From the NCBI RefSeq assembly GCF_001194135.2, contig NC_068985.1, positions 103,912,823-103,954,879 of the forward strand: a stretch of DNA of 42,057 nucleotides, read 5' to 3'. Positions within the stretch are counted from its first letter, which is position 1; each line of letters starts with the position of its first letter. The DNA comes from Octopus bimaculoides. Taxonomy: Eukaryota. Below are positions 11,491 through 24,297 of the stretch, piece after piece. The position numbers and the translations under genes were made by a program. Under the pieces are notes generated by a model, which searched no databases, had not been told where the DNA came from, and saw only the letters and a program-made list of their open reading frames with translations.

Positions 11491-13212
11491 GAGAAAATAC
11501 ATCTTGTCTTGTCATCACTTTGCAGCTGTAAATGAGCATCACCATCAGACAAGCGAGGTTGTTTATTTCCACTCTTCCATGGAGAAAATATCTGACCACG
11601 AGAGATAACCTTGCTTCAAAACAGATTAATGTTGGCAAGAGGAAGGGCATCCAATCATAGAAAATCTGCCTGAACAAATTCTGTCAGACAGAATTTGTAG
11701 TGGTGGTGGTGGTGAGGATGATGATGTTGATGATTGATGCATGTGTGAATGTATAAATTTTGGGAGACAATAATATTTTACAGTACTTTTAGAATTGTTT
11801 CTGAGACTGTGTAAGCTATTGTGTTGATAATTTCATAATCATAGCTTCAGGAAAAAGATGACAATAGCTACTCAAGTTTATATCTAAATTATTTATGAAA
11901 CACACAAGTAGATACTTGTCTACAATTATCATTAAAGAGTATCATAGCAAAGGGCAGCAGAACCAGTAGAGTAGCCAAAAAATAAAACCCCACTAAAACA
12001 TCTTTCCTACAAACTTGTCAGTGAAGTACTCAATACCAAGTCAATTAAAATCTTGATGAATTTAACAATTGCCAGATTTTTGTACCATTGCAATTTCTCA
12101 TAATAATCACATATATCTGCCAAATGTAAAAAGTGTATCTCCTAAGATAGACTTTCTCTTCAAAACCAGTAACTATTTTAGCTGAGAACTGCTACGACTC
12201 TTTTATAAAACATAAGTGAATCATACACAACTCTACAACTAACCTATCAGGGATGTAGCAGATCTTACTTATACAAACATCCAACTCTGACTGGTTAGCA
12301 AACCTACACTCCCTTAACACATTAACCTAATCACTCCCACATAAGTAATTCTGTATAAGCTCTTTGTCATTTCTATAATTGATACAACAGTTCCTGCTCC
12401 CTAGAGCTAGCAAATCCTATAAGCTATTAAATTCTTAGCTTCATTCTTTTAATATTGTCTGTACAGTGCCTTCATCTAAAACACTAAAAAACTTCAACTA
12501 AAACTGTTAATGATTTAAAATTGAAGTTTACAGTAAGCTTTTTCTTTATTTTCTTACTTTTGTTTTTGCCAGAATATGAAGATATTAGGAATGAAGAAAT
12601 ATCAGTCTTCTCAAGATTCCACTTTATAAATGTTTTCTCTATTCTAGCATGGGTTAGATAAATATATTATCGAGGCATTGTTTACAGCTAGATGCTTTTC
12701 CTGCTGCTAACCATAAACAACTATATTATCAAGGTGTTGTTTTGTAACCTGATGTCTTTCCAGCCCCAAAGTAAGAGATGCCTTAATCCATGCATCTTTG
12801 AAAGCTCTTAGCAAATAGATAATTTAGTGACAAGGCAATAACAACAAGGTCATAACTAATTTATTATATATCTCTCAAATTTATATTTGTATATATCTGA
12901 GCAACAAATTGACAGGCAGTGCATTCAATCAATGAAGTAACATCCTATTAAACTAATGACTCAGAAAAAAAATCGGAAGCCAGTTTGAAGTTAGAAGTGG
13001 CTACTATATGACAATTATGTCCTGTTACATCAATAAAACTGAAAGGATGGTATTCAGTGTCAGATGACTCAGTTCAAATTAACTTTTACAGAACTCTGTT
13101 CAATACTTTGCTCTAGTAAGCTGCAGAGATCAGATAGAAATGCATACCAAAAGGACAGTTACTTCCACTACAGCTACTACTACTACTACTACTTATTATT
13201 ATTATTATTATT

Positions 13213-13420
13213 GAAAGTGGCTAGCTGGCAGTATTGTTAGCACACCAGGCAAAATGCTTAGCGGTATTTCATCTGAGTTCAAATTCCGCTGAGGTTGACC
13301 TTGCCTTTCATCTTTTCGGGGTTGATTAAATAAGTACCAGTTATGCACTGGGACCGATGTAATCAACGTACTCCCTTCCCCAAAATTTGAGACCTTGTGC
13401 TTCCAGTAGAAAGGATTATT
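13213..13420 (+). mobile_element. SINE family 3 (GCCTTTCATCCTTTCGGGGTCGATAAAATAAGTACCAG central domain)
   Basis: GCTGGCAG..GTTAGCAC..GGCAAAATGCTTAGCGGTATTTC..GAGTTCAAATTCC head, central domain and TTA tail; related copies at ~13715-13905, 24296-24410, 24560-24700, 32035-32190, 34095-34260, 34735-34820, 39920-40140. Confidence 0.75.
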
Positions 13421-15449
13421 TTTATTATTATCCTTTCATGATCAAGTACAAGGATCAATATAATCGACTGGCACCCTCATACAAAATTGTAAGCTTTGTG
13501 CCTGTAGTAGAAAGGATTATTATTATCATGATAATAATAATAATAATAATAATAATTATTATTATTATTATTATAAACAGATCTAAAGCCCAAAGAATTG
13601 AACTAGGACCAGCCATACTGATATTTAGAAGATATAATTAAAAAAAAAAAAACATGTGGAAAACCAAATGAAAAACCAAAAAAAGCAAAGAAGCAGATTA
13701 ATATTAGAAAATGACCAATAAGGTGGTGAGTTGACAGAGTTGGTCGCATGTTGGGCAAAATGCTTGCTAGCATTTCGTTCATCTTTACGTTGTGAGTTCA
13801 TACTTTTGAGGTCGTTAAAATAAATACCAGTTGAGTACTGGAATTGATTTGATTTACTTTTCCTGTCCACCACAACTGCTGGGTTTTTTTTGCCAAAATT
13901 TGAAACCAACAGGAAAAACTGAGCTTAATGCTAGCCATAAGATAGCAAGGTATAAGTACACAAGCCACCCCAATTCCAAACTACAGTTTCGATGTTTCGT
14001 TAGGAAAACAAATGGAAGAGAACTCAATTGCAGAATTGAGAAAGAGGAATGTCAAAAAGAGGTAGCAACCAAAAGCCCATCAATATGTTACATTGTCACA
14101 AAGAAAATATATAATCAGCTTTCAGTATATTAGGGATACACATTTTCTCTGTTCCTGATGGACGGAATACAATGAAATCCTAGTAGGATTTGATCTTAGG
14201 CATTCAAGGTATATACGGCAATATGTAATATCTATCACAATTCTGTGGTAGCCAAATTACAAGCTGAATTAATAAGGGCCATTATCGTGTAAGTTATAGT
14301 ACGCTAGTAAGAACAGAGTGACGTCCCTTGGTTATGACATACCAACCATCATTTGATGAGTCAAATTGTAACCACAGTTTCGTGTTTCTTCCGTTTTTTT
14401 CTTTTTATTATTATTATTATTATTATTTATTTATTTAACATCTCTCTTTCTTCTCTTTTCATTCTCACACTCCCTTATCAGTGACAACACGGTGGCTTTT
14501 GTTCCATCTACACCCACGATGTCAGCAAAGAAATATTTTTACTTTTATTTTTATTCTTTTTTTTTCCCTCCAACAGATACAGTTGTTTTTAAAAAATCTA
14601 TTTACTCAATTCACTGTGTGTGTGTGTGTATCAGAATGTCTAAATACTGAAAATATTTTTTGTGTACCAGAGAAATAAATAAGTGAAGTGTACGTGAATG
14701 CTTGTACGTCTGTGTGTGTATCTGTATATTTACATGTATGTGGGCGCGGGTGATTAAGTACACTTGTTTAGTCTCGGGTCAGCCCTGATCGAGTAGACAG
14801 ACCTGTGATAAAAAGCTTTTCAGCCGTGACCATCCTGTTTATATATATATATAAATACAACGGGGTTAGCGCCCGATAGAGGGTAAAGTAAAGACATCTC
14901 TGACAGCTCCCACAACAAAAATGTCTTAATTATTTGTTTCATGACTCACTGCGCACTTATTGACAATAACTTAATGACAATAACAAAGGATTATCGCCTT
15001 ACACAAGCCTAAATTAAAATCGCAATGTAACAAAATCTTATAATGTCACATTAGTAAACCCGGAACCAATTCGGAAATGCTGTGCCCTTTTACACATTAA
15101 ATCCAACGTGGGTAGCGAACGCCTTCCCATTCATCCATTATTTACTATGGTCCTGTTTGCCGAGGACTACATTGTCCAATGTTCCCTATCTTATTTAAAA
15201 TAGGTGTGATCTGAGAGAAGTTTGGCTGCTATTTTTAGCTGGTTGGGTGAGTATGTAGAAGCCCTGTCGTTGACAGGAAGACAATATAGAAACTACCACA
15301 CACCTACATATGTACGTGCGGACACACACACGAACACGTGCTTATAGAAACAATCTATTGATGCCTATCAAGTTGATAGACTCAAATTTTAGAGAGTAAC
15401 AGGCAAAAATTATCGATACAATTATTGCACAAACACATACACATATGTT

Positions 15450-15502
<53 letters not shown>

Positions 15503-15929
15503 TTGTATGTATGTAAATAAATAAATATATAAATATATATATATACATACATGTACACATACATGCAACTAAACACACACGTTGCTAATTGATATTAAAG
15601 AGATAAACAGGTGTTTCAGAATGTCTATTGTACAGACATTGTCCATAGACGTTGACAGTCTAATCTATGTGATTAAGCTACCTTCAACCTATATTTAGAC
15701 ACACCTACATATTGGCAGAACAATGGATTTCAACTACACAGACCGGAACAACATACAATTCTATTTCATCATAAAAAAAAGGAGAGGACAAGTTGAAATA
15801 ATGTAGCTTCCTACCGTAACACTATTCTTGGAAAAAAAAGACAGATGATTGTGTTTGATCATAGGTTTGTTTGATATCAGAGACAACTCGGGGTTAAACA
15901 ATAACAATGCACACACACACACATATATA

Positions 15930-16110
15930 TATCATCATCATTTGATATCTATTTTCCATGCTGGCATGGGTTGGACGGTTTAAAAGTGCTGCCAGGTCAG
16001 AAGACTGCACCAAGTGCAACTGTCTGCTTTGGCATGTTTTCAATAGCTGGATGCCCTTCCTGATACCAACCATTTTACAGTGTACTGGGTGCTTTTAACA
16101 TAGCATCACT
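15930..16110 (-). mobile_element. SINE/LINE 3' end with (ATG)n tail
   Basis: CATCATCAT..TTTTCCATGCTGGCATGGGTTGGACGG...GCTGGATGCCCTTCC; related copies at ~6125-6250, 11530-11690, 18290-18370, 21840-22030, 27960-28060. Confidence 0.7.
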
Positions 16111-16852
16111 ACCATATATATATATATATATCATGTGTGTGTGTGTAGAAATAATACATATATATATATATTTGTGGGAGAGGGGGTTCCTCTACCCATC
16201 GTTATCACGACGCAGTGAAGAGAGCAAAATGTAGTTTTACAGAAGATGAAGTGGAAACAGTTCCAGCAAGCCAGATATACTCATGTTCACAGACTTCAAC
16301 AACACCAGTCACAAGAATAGACACTTTGTGGTCACAATGTCTGCTAGAAATAGCAGCTAAATCACCCTCAAATCACATCTTACATTATTAAGAAAGGAGA
16401 GGAGACATTGGATTGTGTAACCCTGGACAAATTTCTAGAGAGATGGACAAGGATGGAATGCCACCTTGGTCATATGCCAGATCAATCAGAGGTGATATGA
16501 GACTAAACATCATGGATATTACACAAAGCAATAAGTTGTTGGTTTGTGTGGTGTCCACATGCTAAATATAGCACCCAAATTACCTCCAAACCACACTTTA
16601 CCACCAGGCACTTTGGATCTTTGGATAAAGACATCTTCAGTACATCATTTAAAAATAATAAGAGATCATAAGCCCGTGAGGTCAGAGTTCTGCTCTTAGA
16701 GATAACTAATTAAGCATTCTGAGGTGTGAAAATACATTCTAATTGAAATCATTTGATGATGACAATGATGATGATATCACTATGGCAACAACATCATTCA
16801 TCATGATGATAAATATTAACAATCAATGCGGAAGATTGATGAGTGAACTTAC

Positions 16853-17026
16853 CAGAAATTTTCTTACACGATCTTTGTTTCTTGTTTATTACTGTGTTGT
16901 TGGTTTGGCTGCAGTTGTTGCTGCCGCTGAGAATGTTGTTGGTATGGTTGCTGTTGTGGTTGTTGTTGACATTGCTTACATTGTTATTTTCGTAAGATGG
17001 TGATGGAGTACATCTTGATGTGCTAG
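16853..17026 (-). CDS. ETS gene exon, 174 nt, phase 1-1, Asn-rich with basic patch
   Basis: Acceptor tttttgttttttgttacag|, donor TCTG|gtaagt; open frame (T)STSRCTPSPSYENNNVSNVNNNHNSNHTNNILSGSNNCSQTNNTVINKKQRSCKKIS; both junctions in frame. Confidence 0.85.
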
Positions 17027-17070
17027 CTGTAACAAAAAACAAAAAAAAGATATATATATGTATATATATA

Positions 17071-17202
17071 GGCGCGGGAGTGGCTGTGTGGTAAGTAGCT
17101 TGCTTACCAGCCACATGGTTCTAGGTTCAGTTCTACTATAGCCTCAGGCCAACCAAAGACTTGTGAGTGGATTTGGTAGACAGAAAATGAAAGAAGCCCA
17201 TC

Positions 17203-17240
<38 letters not shown>

Positions 17241-17363
17241 GTGTGTGTATGTATATGTTTGTGTGTCTGTCCCCCCAACATCACTTGACAACCGATGCCG
17301 GTGTGTTTACATCCCCGTAACTCAGTGGTTCGGCAAAAGAGACCGATAGAATAAGTACAAGGG
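17071..17363 (+). mobile_element. SINE family 1 with internal (TA)n(TG)n
   Basis: Head GGCGCGGGAGTGGCTGTGTGGTAAGTAGC; body shared with 97-410. Confidence 0.8.
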
Positions 17364-17747
17364 TTGAGATTATATGTATGTGTATATGTATGTGTGTATG
17401 TATGTGTGTACATATATTCATTCGTTCGTTCCTTCCTTTGATTTTTGCATGCTAGCTTGGATTAAACGAATTGCTTTGAAAAGGAGTTTTCATTCCATTT
17501 GTCTTCAGAAGCACAACATTAAGGGACAGGTTGTTGCTGAGGAAATGATAACAAGCATTACTGCCCATAGCTTAGCTAAGCCCAGAATGTAAGTGTTCAT
17601 ACAAACACACAGGTACATGTACACTAGAGGATATTTCAGATATTGTTCTAGCAAGGAGATGATGAAGGCTGAAGAAACTAAATACAATAACAAACCATAA
17701 AGAAATATGTGGGGCAGGGGTGATAAGAGTGATACGAAGACACTTAC

Positions 17748-17801
17748 TGGGGTCAAAGAAGCTCGGGTTAGATGCCATCGAAGGTGGGTAACTGTTGTAA
17801 G
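17748..17801 (-). CDS. ETS gene exon, 54 nt, phase 1-1 (T)YNSYPPSMASNPSFFDP
   Basis: Acceptor ttgttctatctttttcag|, donor CCCA|gtaagt; multiple of 3, in frame. Confidence 0.85.
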
Positions 17802-18796
17802 CTGAAAAAGATAGAACAAGACAGTAAATATCATGTAATACTTATAATAATTTGGCTGCAAGCATGGGCGTGTGGCTAAGAAGCTTGCCTTCCTAATTTT
17901 GTGGTTTCTGGTTCAATCCCACTGAGCAGCATCTTGGACAAATGTCTAGGCTGTGAGTGGATTTTGTAGATGGAAACTGCAAGAAATCTACCACAGCCTG
18001 TCATGTGTGTGTGTGTGAGTCCCCTTTACTTGACATCACATGACAATTGTTAATGAACAAGTGATGCTGTTTATTTCTATCTAGTCTTTCATGAGAAACA
18101 CGCAAAAATATGCTAGGAAACAGAAGAGTATCATAGGCTTAAGAACAAGGGATGCAAGTGCTCCCCTAAAATTTGGTTGAGGGGAATGAAAACACTTTGA
18201 ATATCCTCTTGAAAAATTAGGTTTGCTCCTGCTAGGAATTTTGTTCTCAAACTTAGGGGAACTTAGTATTGATGACATGAAGGGTATATGGCTGCAGAGA
18301 ATCTGTCTAAAAGTACTCCATCTGACTCATGCAAGCATGGAAATATGGATGTTAAAACTATGATGATGATCATGATTTCAGGATATCATCTCACCCACTT
18401 AGTAGCAGTAAATTCAAATTTGTATCACAGAATGATGACTTTTGTAGCAAAGGAAGTACAGTGATGTCATGGAAAAGTACGTACTTGGAGAAATCAGTTA
18501 AACTAAAATTATTGAGAGTCGTGGAGTCAACAAGGAAACCTCTAAACATCATGCCTCTATTTTACCTTCTTAATATTTTTGTTACCATTTGTCACTTTGT
18601 GGATTTAAGTCTCACACACACACACATACACACACATTCAATCACTCTCTCTCTCTCTCACACACGTAAATACGTGTCCACACACCCATATATAGACCCG
18701 CATACTCACTTCCTTCATTCATTACGAGTGCAGACAATTACACACTTATATTCCATGCATACACAAATATTTAAAAAAAAAAACGTAAATACTTAC

Positions 18797-18850
18797 TTGG
18801 TGCAAAAGAACCCGTTGTGGATGCAGGCGAAGAATTGGTGCTTCTTGCTG
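18797..18850 (-). CDS. ETS gene exon, 54 nt, phase 1-1 (S)ARSTNSSPASTTGSFAP
   Basis: Acceptor tttatgtttctcttctacag| (tandem CAGCAG), donor CCAA|gtaagt; in frame. Confidence 0.85.
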
Positions 18851-19669
18851 CTGTAGAAGAGAAACATAAAAGGCATTGTAAACCAAACTGCATCCTTCAA
18901 ATACATTGAAGTTACATATCAGATATAAAGGACATTTGTGAGGAAGCAATAGGTTACTTTACTGTCGATTCAAATGCTATGCTATCTCATATTTCACACA
19001 CAAACACAGCTGTGTGTTTGGTGGTCTGCACCAGAAAGATGTGTATTATTTTTTTCTTTTAAAAAGTGACGGAAAGAATACATTGGAGAGTGGGGAATCA
19101 ACGTTTCAGACAGCCTTTCTTCAGATTGCATATGACAGGAAGGAGATAATAGAAAGGCAGCGGAGTTTTATATTATCTATGTTTGAGAAACTGGCTGCAG
19201 TTGATGGGGAACACGAGGTGTAAGTTTGGATATATGGACAGGAAGAAGTGGGAGAGAGAAACTGGGTGAGAGAAGGAGAAGGAAAGAGAAATGAAATGAA
19301 AGGAAGTGGGTGATGGTGAGGTGAAGAGAAAAAGTGAGGTGGGAAGCGAGATGAATGATGAGAACGAGATGAATGAACTAAGAAGAAATGGAGGAGAAAG
19401 AAAATCCTCATTTAAACCAGTCAGGGACATAGTTCCAAGTTTGAATATGAAACATTGTTCCTTCTGTTTCTTTGAGTGCGTATGGATCTATGGATGCGCA
19501 TGGAATGGCTGGCTGGATTTTATAAGGTGTTATTGAAGAGAAATTTGTTCCCCACCCCAAAGTCCACCCCATGTCATCTAAGTCACTCACTCCGCACAGT
19601 GTATCACGATTGAGATGCACATGTCATAGGTTTGCCACCAGTGACCTAGGTTTCATTATATCTTTTATT

Positions 19670-20071
19670 TTTTATTTATTTCAGTCTTTATACTGTGGCC
19701 ATGCTGCAGCAAATGCCTTGAAGGGTTTAATCAAATAAACTGACCCCAGTGCTTATATTCTCAAGCCTGATACTTATCCTATCATCTCTTGCTCTTGAAC
19801 TGCTATGCTATGGGGATGTAAACAAACCGACACTGGTGGTCAAACGGTGGTAGGAGACAGACACAAGCACAAAGACACGCACATTTAGATACGAACACAC
19901 ACGTGTACGTATATATATGTGTATATGACAGGCTCCTTTCAGCTTACATCTAACAAATCCACTGTGGCTACCATGGAAGACATTTCCCCAAAGTGCAACA
20001 CAGTGAGATTGAACCCAGAACCATGTGGTTGGGAAGCATAATTCGTACTACACATCCATGCTTACACCTAT
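19670..20071 (-). mobile_element. SINE family 1, old copy
   Basis: Reverse complement of the family-1 head and 3' end with internal microsatellite. Confidence 0.7.
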
Positions 20072-20654
20072 ACATACAAGTATTTTAGTTTTAGATGAAT
20101 GTTTACAGATGCATGCTTTTCAAAACATGATGTAGGAAGATTGTTATTTTTATTTTCCTTCAAAGTCTTTTACATGTTACCTTATCCACCCGCTCTGCAC
20201 AGTGTGTCATGTAACATACAATGTCATTGGTTTATCACCAGTGACCCAATTTTAAGTAGGTTTCATTGTTTTAAAGACCTTTTGCAAAGTTTGAATCCTA
20301 AGATAAAGTTTAACAGAGCAAATTACCCAAAGAAAAAAATATGACTGAGTCATGTTATACATGCACATGCACACACATACACACGTGCGCGCACATACTG
20401 TCCCACCACCATTGATGGATTATATTTGTGTTGAGATGAAATAAATATTGATTCTATTGATGTCCCTTACAAAAGGACATCAAAATGATATGTGAGGTGA
20501 GATGAAAAGATTACAGTAAAAGAGAAAAGAGAAATGTAAAATAGAAAAAAAAAATTCAAAAAGAAAAGACTAAAATAGGAAAAGGAAAATGTTTAAAAAA
20601 AAGAGAATGTGACAAAAGAACATAAAAAAAAGAAAAAGACACAGCTGTACTTAC

Positions 20655-20693
20655 ATGGCATGATAGATTCCAGTGACATGTAGCAGACTGTCT
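20655..20693 (-). CDS. ETS gene exon, 39 nt, phase 1-1 (E)TVCYMSLESIMP
   Basis: Acceptor ttgtttttctcacaacag|, donor CCAT|gtaagt; in frame. Confidence 0.8.
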
Positions 20694-21232
20694 CTGTTGT
20701 GAGAAAAACAAGAGACAGAGATATATTAGAAAACGTAAGTAAGAGAGAGAGAAAGAGGAGATTGTTGTTGGTTGCTCACCTTATAACTATGTCTATGTGA
20801 GACCATCCCAAACAATGTGCTTACACTATAGGTCAGTGTTTAGGAAATCTTGAGAGACACAAACACACACACTCACACATAATCACAAATAATAGATTCA
20901 TATTCACACCTACATATATCATACTTGTATATTCTCACACAAGCTCATCTATACTCATTAGTTCACAAACACTCACACATATATATATGCATACACACAC
21001 ACACAACAAAAGTCACACAATGCTTAATTCACTCACACAAACATATACAAACGCAAAATCTCATACGCTACACATATGCACACTTACATACGTAGCTAAT
21101 TGCATCATAGACTGCATTAGATTAACAATAATAACAAAGAACAACAACAAAAATAAATGTCTGGTAAACGATGACATCACTGCATTGATTTAAGTCTATT
21201 TTCATTTCATTTATGCTTATCTCTTCCTTTTG

Positions 21233-21716
21233 NNNNNNNNNNNNNNNNNNNNNNNNNNNNNNNNNNNNNNNNNNNNNNNNNNNNNNNNNNNNNNNNNNNN
21301 NNNNNNNNNNNNNNNNNNNNNNNNNNNNNNNNNNNNNNNNNNNNNNNNNNNNNNNNNNNNNNNNNNNNNNNNNNNNNNNNNNNNNNNNNNNNNNNNNNNN
21401 NNNNNNNNNNNNNNNNNNNNNNNNNNNNNNNNNNNNNNNNNNNNNNNNNNNNNNNNNNNNNNNNNNNNNNNNNNNNNNNNNNNNNNNNNNNNNNNNNNNN
21501 NNNNNNNNNNNNNNNNNNNNNNNNNNNNNNNNNNNNNNNNNNNNNNNNNNNNNNNNNNNNNNNNNNNNNNNNNNNNNNNNNNNNNNNNNNNNNNNNNNNN
21601 NNNNNNNNNNNNNNNNNNNNNNNNNNNNNNNNNNNNNNNNNNNNNNNNNNNNNNNNNNNNNNNNNNNNNNNNNNNNNNNNNNNNNNNNNNNNNNNNNNNN
21701 NNNNNNNNNNNNNNNN
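21233..21716. other. Assembly gap inside an ETS intron (other gaps: 6269-6481, 28607-28869, 29824-30097, 33670-33679, 37296-37503, 38554-38692)
   Basis: Runs of N, mostly flanked by microsatellites or a palindrome. Confidence 0.99.
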
Positions 21717-21766
<50 letters not shown>

Positions 21767-23039
21767 ATGTATACATATATATTATATACACATAAGCACA
21801 CACTCCTGTACATATATAATATGCATGTGTGTATAAACATCATCGTCGTCATCTTTTAACATCAATCTTCCATGTTGGTATGGGTTGCACAGTTTGACAG
21901 GAGCCAAATGGCCTGGAGACTGCATCATGTTCCAGTCTCCACTTTGCTGTGGTTTCTACAGTTGGATACCCTTCCTAATGCCAACCACTATACAAATTGT
22001 ACTGAATTCTTTTTCAGGGCACCAGTGCAAGCAAACAAATCGTTTGCTTTTGTTTTTGTTTTATTAATTAATCAACTTATTCAATTCACGGTTTTCAATT
22101 AAGAGTTGTTTCAAGCTTTTATTACATCTTTAATTACTTTAATAGTTTTTTAATTCTTCCTCGTCTTTATACTAATTACAACAATGGCTTGTATTTTCCT
22201 AACGAGTATATTGGATGTCAATTGGGCCAAAGCTGTTTCTTCATGATGCAAATTGCTGTCAAATGTGGAATAAATGAGCAATGCTTATCATCCTGTTAAT
22301 TAGATCAGTCCTACTTGAGCAGACCTCTGATCAAAGGCATTTAAAGCTTATCCATCCAGTTTTGCGGGGAGGCTTATCTTTTCAAACATTGAATATTTGA
22401 AAATATTTTCTAATGTGTCATTTCTTTTGTTACAACAGTAGTACATGATGTGAGTGAAATTTGGCTGCTGTTTCTAACTGTTCCACTGACTGTAATGAGG
22501 TTTCTTTCTTTAAGCGATCAGACTTACTGAAGAGTGAAATACAACAGGGGTTTGTCCATGTCTAAATCGTTGTTTTATGACAATTAAAATAGCACATAAA
22601 CTGAACATATAAGAAGTACTTGCTGAGCGAGTTCATTCTTTCTTCAGGTTTTTATCTAAGACTATATAGTCTACGGTAGTGATTTGATGGAGATTTAGAT
22701 GCTATTTTCAGCAGGACAAGTAACTTAAGTTGAGGCTCCTTTGTTATGTCATCAAATGAGATTTGGTCACTCAACTTGATAGAGTGATCCGATGGCCTAT
22801 TACTCTAGAGTTTCCACAATTTGTTACTGGTTCCTCAAACAAGAATACACTGGATCAAGTTTCCAATTTATTCTGGGGTGATAACTGAGAATACTTTGGA
22901 GATTCTACAGAGCAACAGACCATTTATGCATGCACATGTGTGTGTGTGTAAGAGAGAGAGAAAGAGGTACACAGCTGAACAAAATTGCACTCTTATCTAC
23001 ACAAAACATAGAGGATATATATATATAAAGGTATAGTAC

Positions 23040-23093
23040 CTTGTACACTGTTTGAATACCATTCTGGTGTCTGAGCAATACTGCAGTTGGAAC
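23040..23093 (-). CDS. ETS gene exon, 54 nt, phase 1-1 (G)SNCSIAQTPEWYSNSVQ
   Basis: Acceptor ttcttcttttgtcattctag|, donor CAAG|gtacta; in frame. Confidence 0.8.
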
Positions 23094-23361
23094 CTAGAAT
23101 GACAAAAGAAGAAGTGTAAGTATTTTACCTGATACTGAAATAGTTTTAGAAATGAGGCAATTAAAACCTAAACTTATGAAACAAAGGTTTCAGAAAACTA
23201 CAAAACCACCATGTTTCCAGATGTTCAAATACATACAGACAAGGAAATAAAAGTTAATTGGTTAGGTAATGCCATTCAGAACCACAAGGAAAGAAAGTAT
23301 TTCCTCGTCAAGTTATCAATTCCAACAAATGTGTGTGCATACATACACATCTCTTCTTCTT

Positions 23362-23645
23362 TTTTTACTCTTTTTACTTGTTTCAGGACTTATTCTTTGT
23401 AAGCCTAGTACTTATTCTATCAATGTTGGAGGGGGGGGGGGGACAAACACAGACACACAAACACATATATACATATATACGATGGGCTTCTTTCAGTTTC
23501 CGTCTACCAAATCCACTCACAAGGCTTTGGTCGGCCCGAGGCTATAGTGGAAGACACTTGCCCAAGGTGTCACGCAGTGGGACTTAACCCGGAACCATGT
23601 GGTTGGTAAGCAAGCTACTTACCACACAGCCACTCCTGCACCTAT
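23362..23645 (-). mobile_element. SINE family 1, well-preserved copy
   Basis: CAGTTTCCGTCTACCAAATCCACTCACAAGGCTTTGG...GAACCATGTGGTTGGTAAGCAAGCTACTTACCACACAGCCACTCC. Confidence 0.8.
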
Positions 23646-23836
23646 ACACACATATATTATATTAACTTGAAAAATAGGTAAAGGTTAACATCAGGAAAGG
23701 CATCTGGTCGTAAAAGAATGCCTCAAAAGTATATTCAAATAATCCATGTTACCATCGAAAAACAAATATAAAAGGAACAGATACAAGAATGTATGTGTGT
23801 GTGTGTGTGTGTGCGTGTGTATAAAGTTATATTTAC

Positions 23837-23881
23837 CTGAATTGCTTGGTACTTCTGGCACTGATTGTCCACTTGACCAGG
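23837..23881 (-). CDS. ETS gene exon, 45 nt, phase 1-1 (S)WSSGQSVPEVPSNS
   Basis: Acceptor tcttgttgtttcccttgtag|, donor TCAG|gtaaat; in frame. Confidence 0.82.
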
Positions 23882-24059
23882 CTACAAGGGAAACAACAAG
23901 AGACTAATGAGTGTCAATGCTCTTTCTCCAACATTAATCATCATACTATTGGTATGATGATTAATCTCCTCCTCTCTATCACAAGTGAATAATAACATCA
24001 ACACCATCATCAACAGCATCACCATCATCATTTCCATTCTTTTTGTCATCATCATTATT

Positions 24060-24088
24060 TACTACTACTACTTCTACTACTACTACTT

Positions 24089-24158
<70 letters not shown>

Positions 24159-24247
24159 AAAAAGGGAATGTTGTATAATCTCAGATTTCCATATATGGAT
24201 AAAAGATAGGCTGGAATGTTTTACATTATAAGATGATGATAATAATA

Positions 24248-24297
<50 letters not shown>
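24060..24297. repeat. (TAC)n and (TAA)n microsatellites
   Basis: Directly visible at 24060-24157 and 24240-24297. Confidence 0.95.

Noticed and set aside
13831-14133. 100-aa plus-strand ORF; similarly 26013-26375 and 26134-26520
   Set aside because: Partly SINE-derived or AT-rich, no splice signals or recognisable domain, length expected by chance.
21122-21859. Long ORFs over N runs (also at 6118-6497, 28526-28980, 29582-30290, 37134-37775, 38514-38741)
   Set aside because: Artefacts of assembly gaps.
22528-22561. 34-nt minus-strand exon candidate with a GTAAGT donor
   Set aside because: Poor acceptor, frameshifting length and flanked by dispersed repeats.
23129-23134. Apparent 6-nt micro-exon tttcag|TATCAG|gtaaaa
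   Set aside because: It would leave a 35-nt intron to the 23093 acceptor, too short for typical metazoan splicing.
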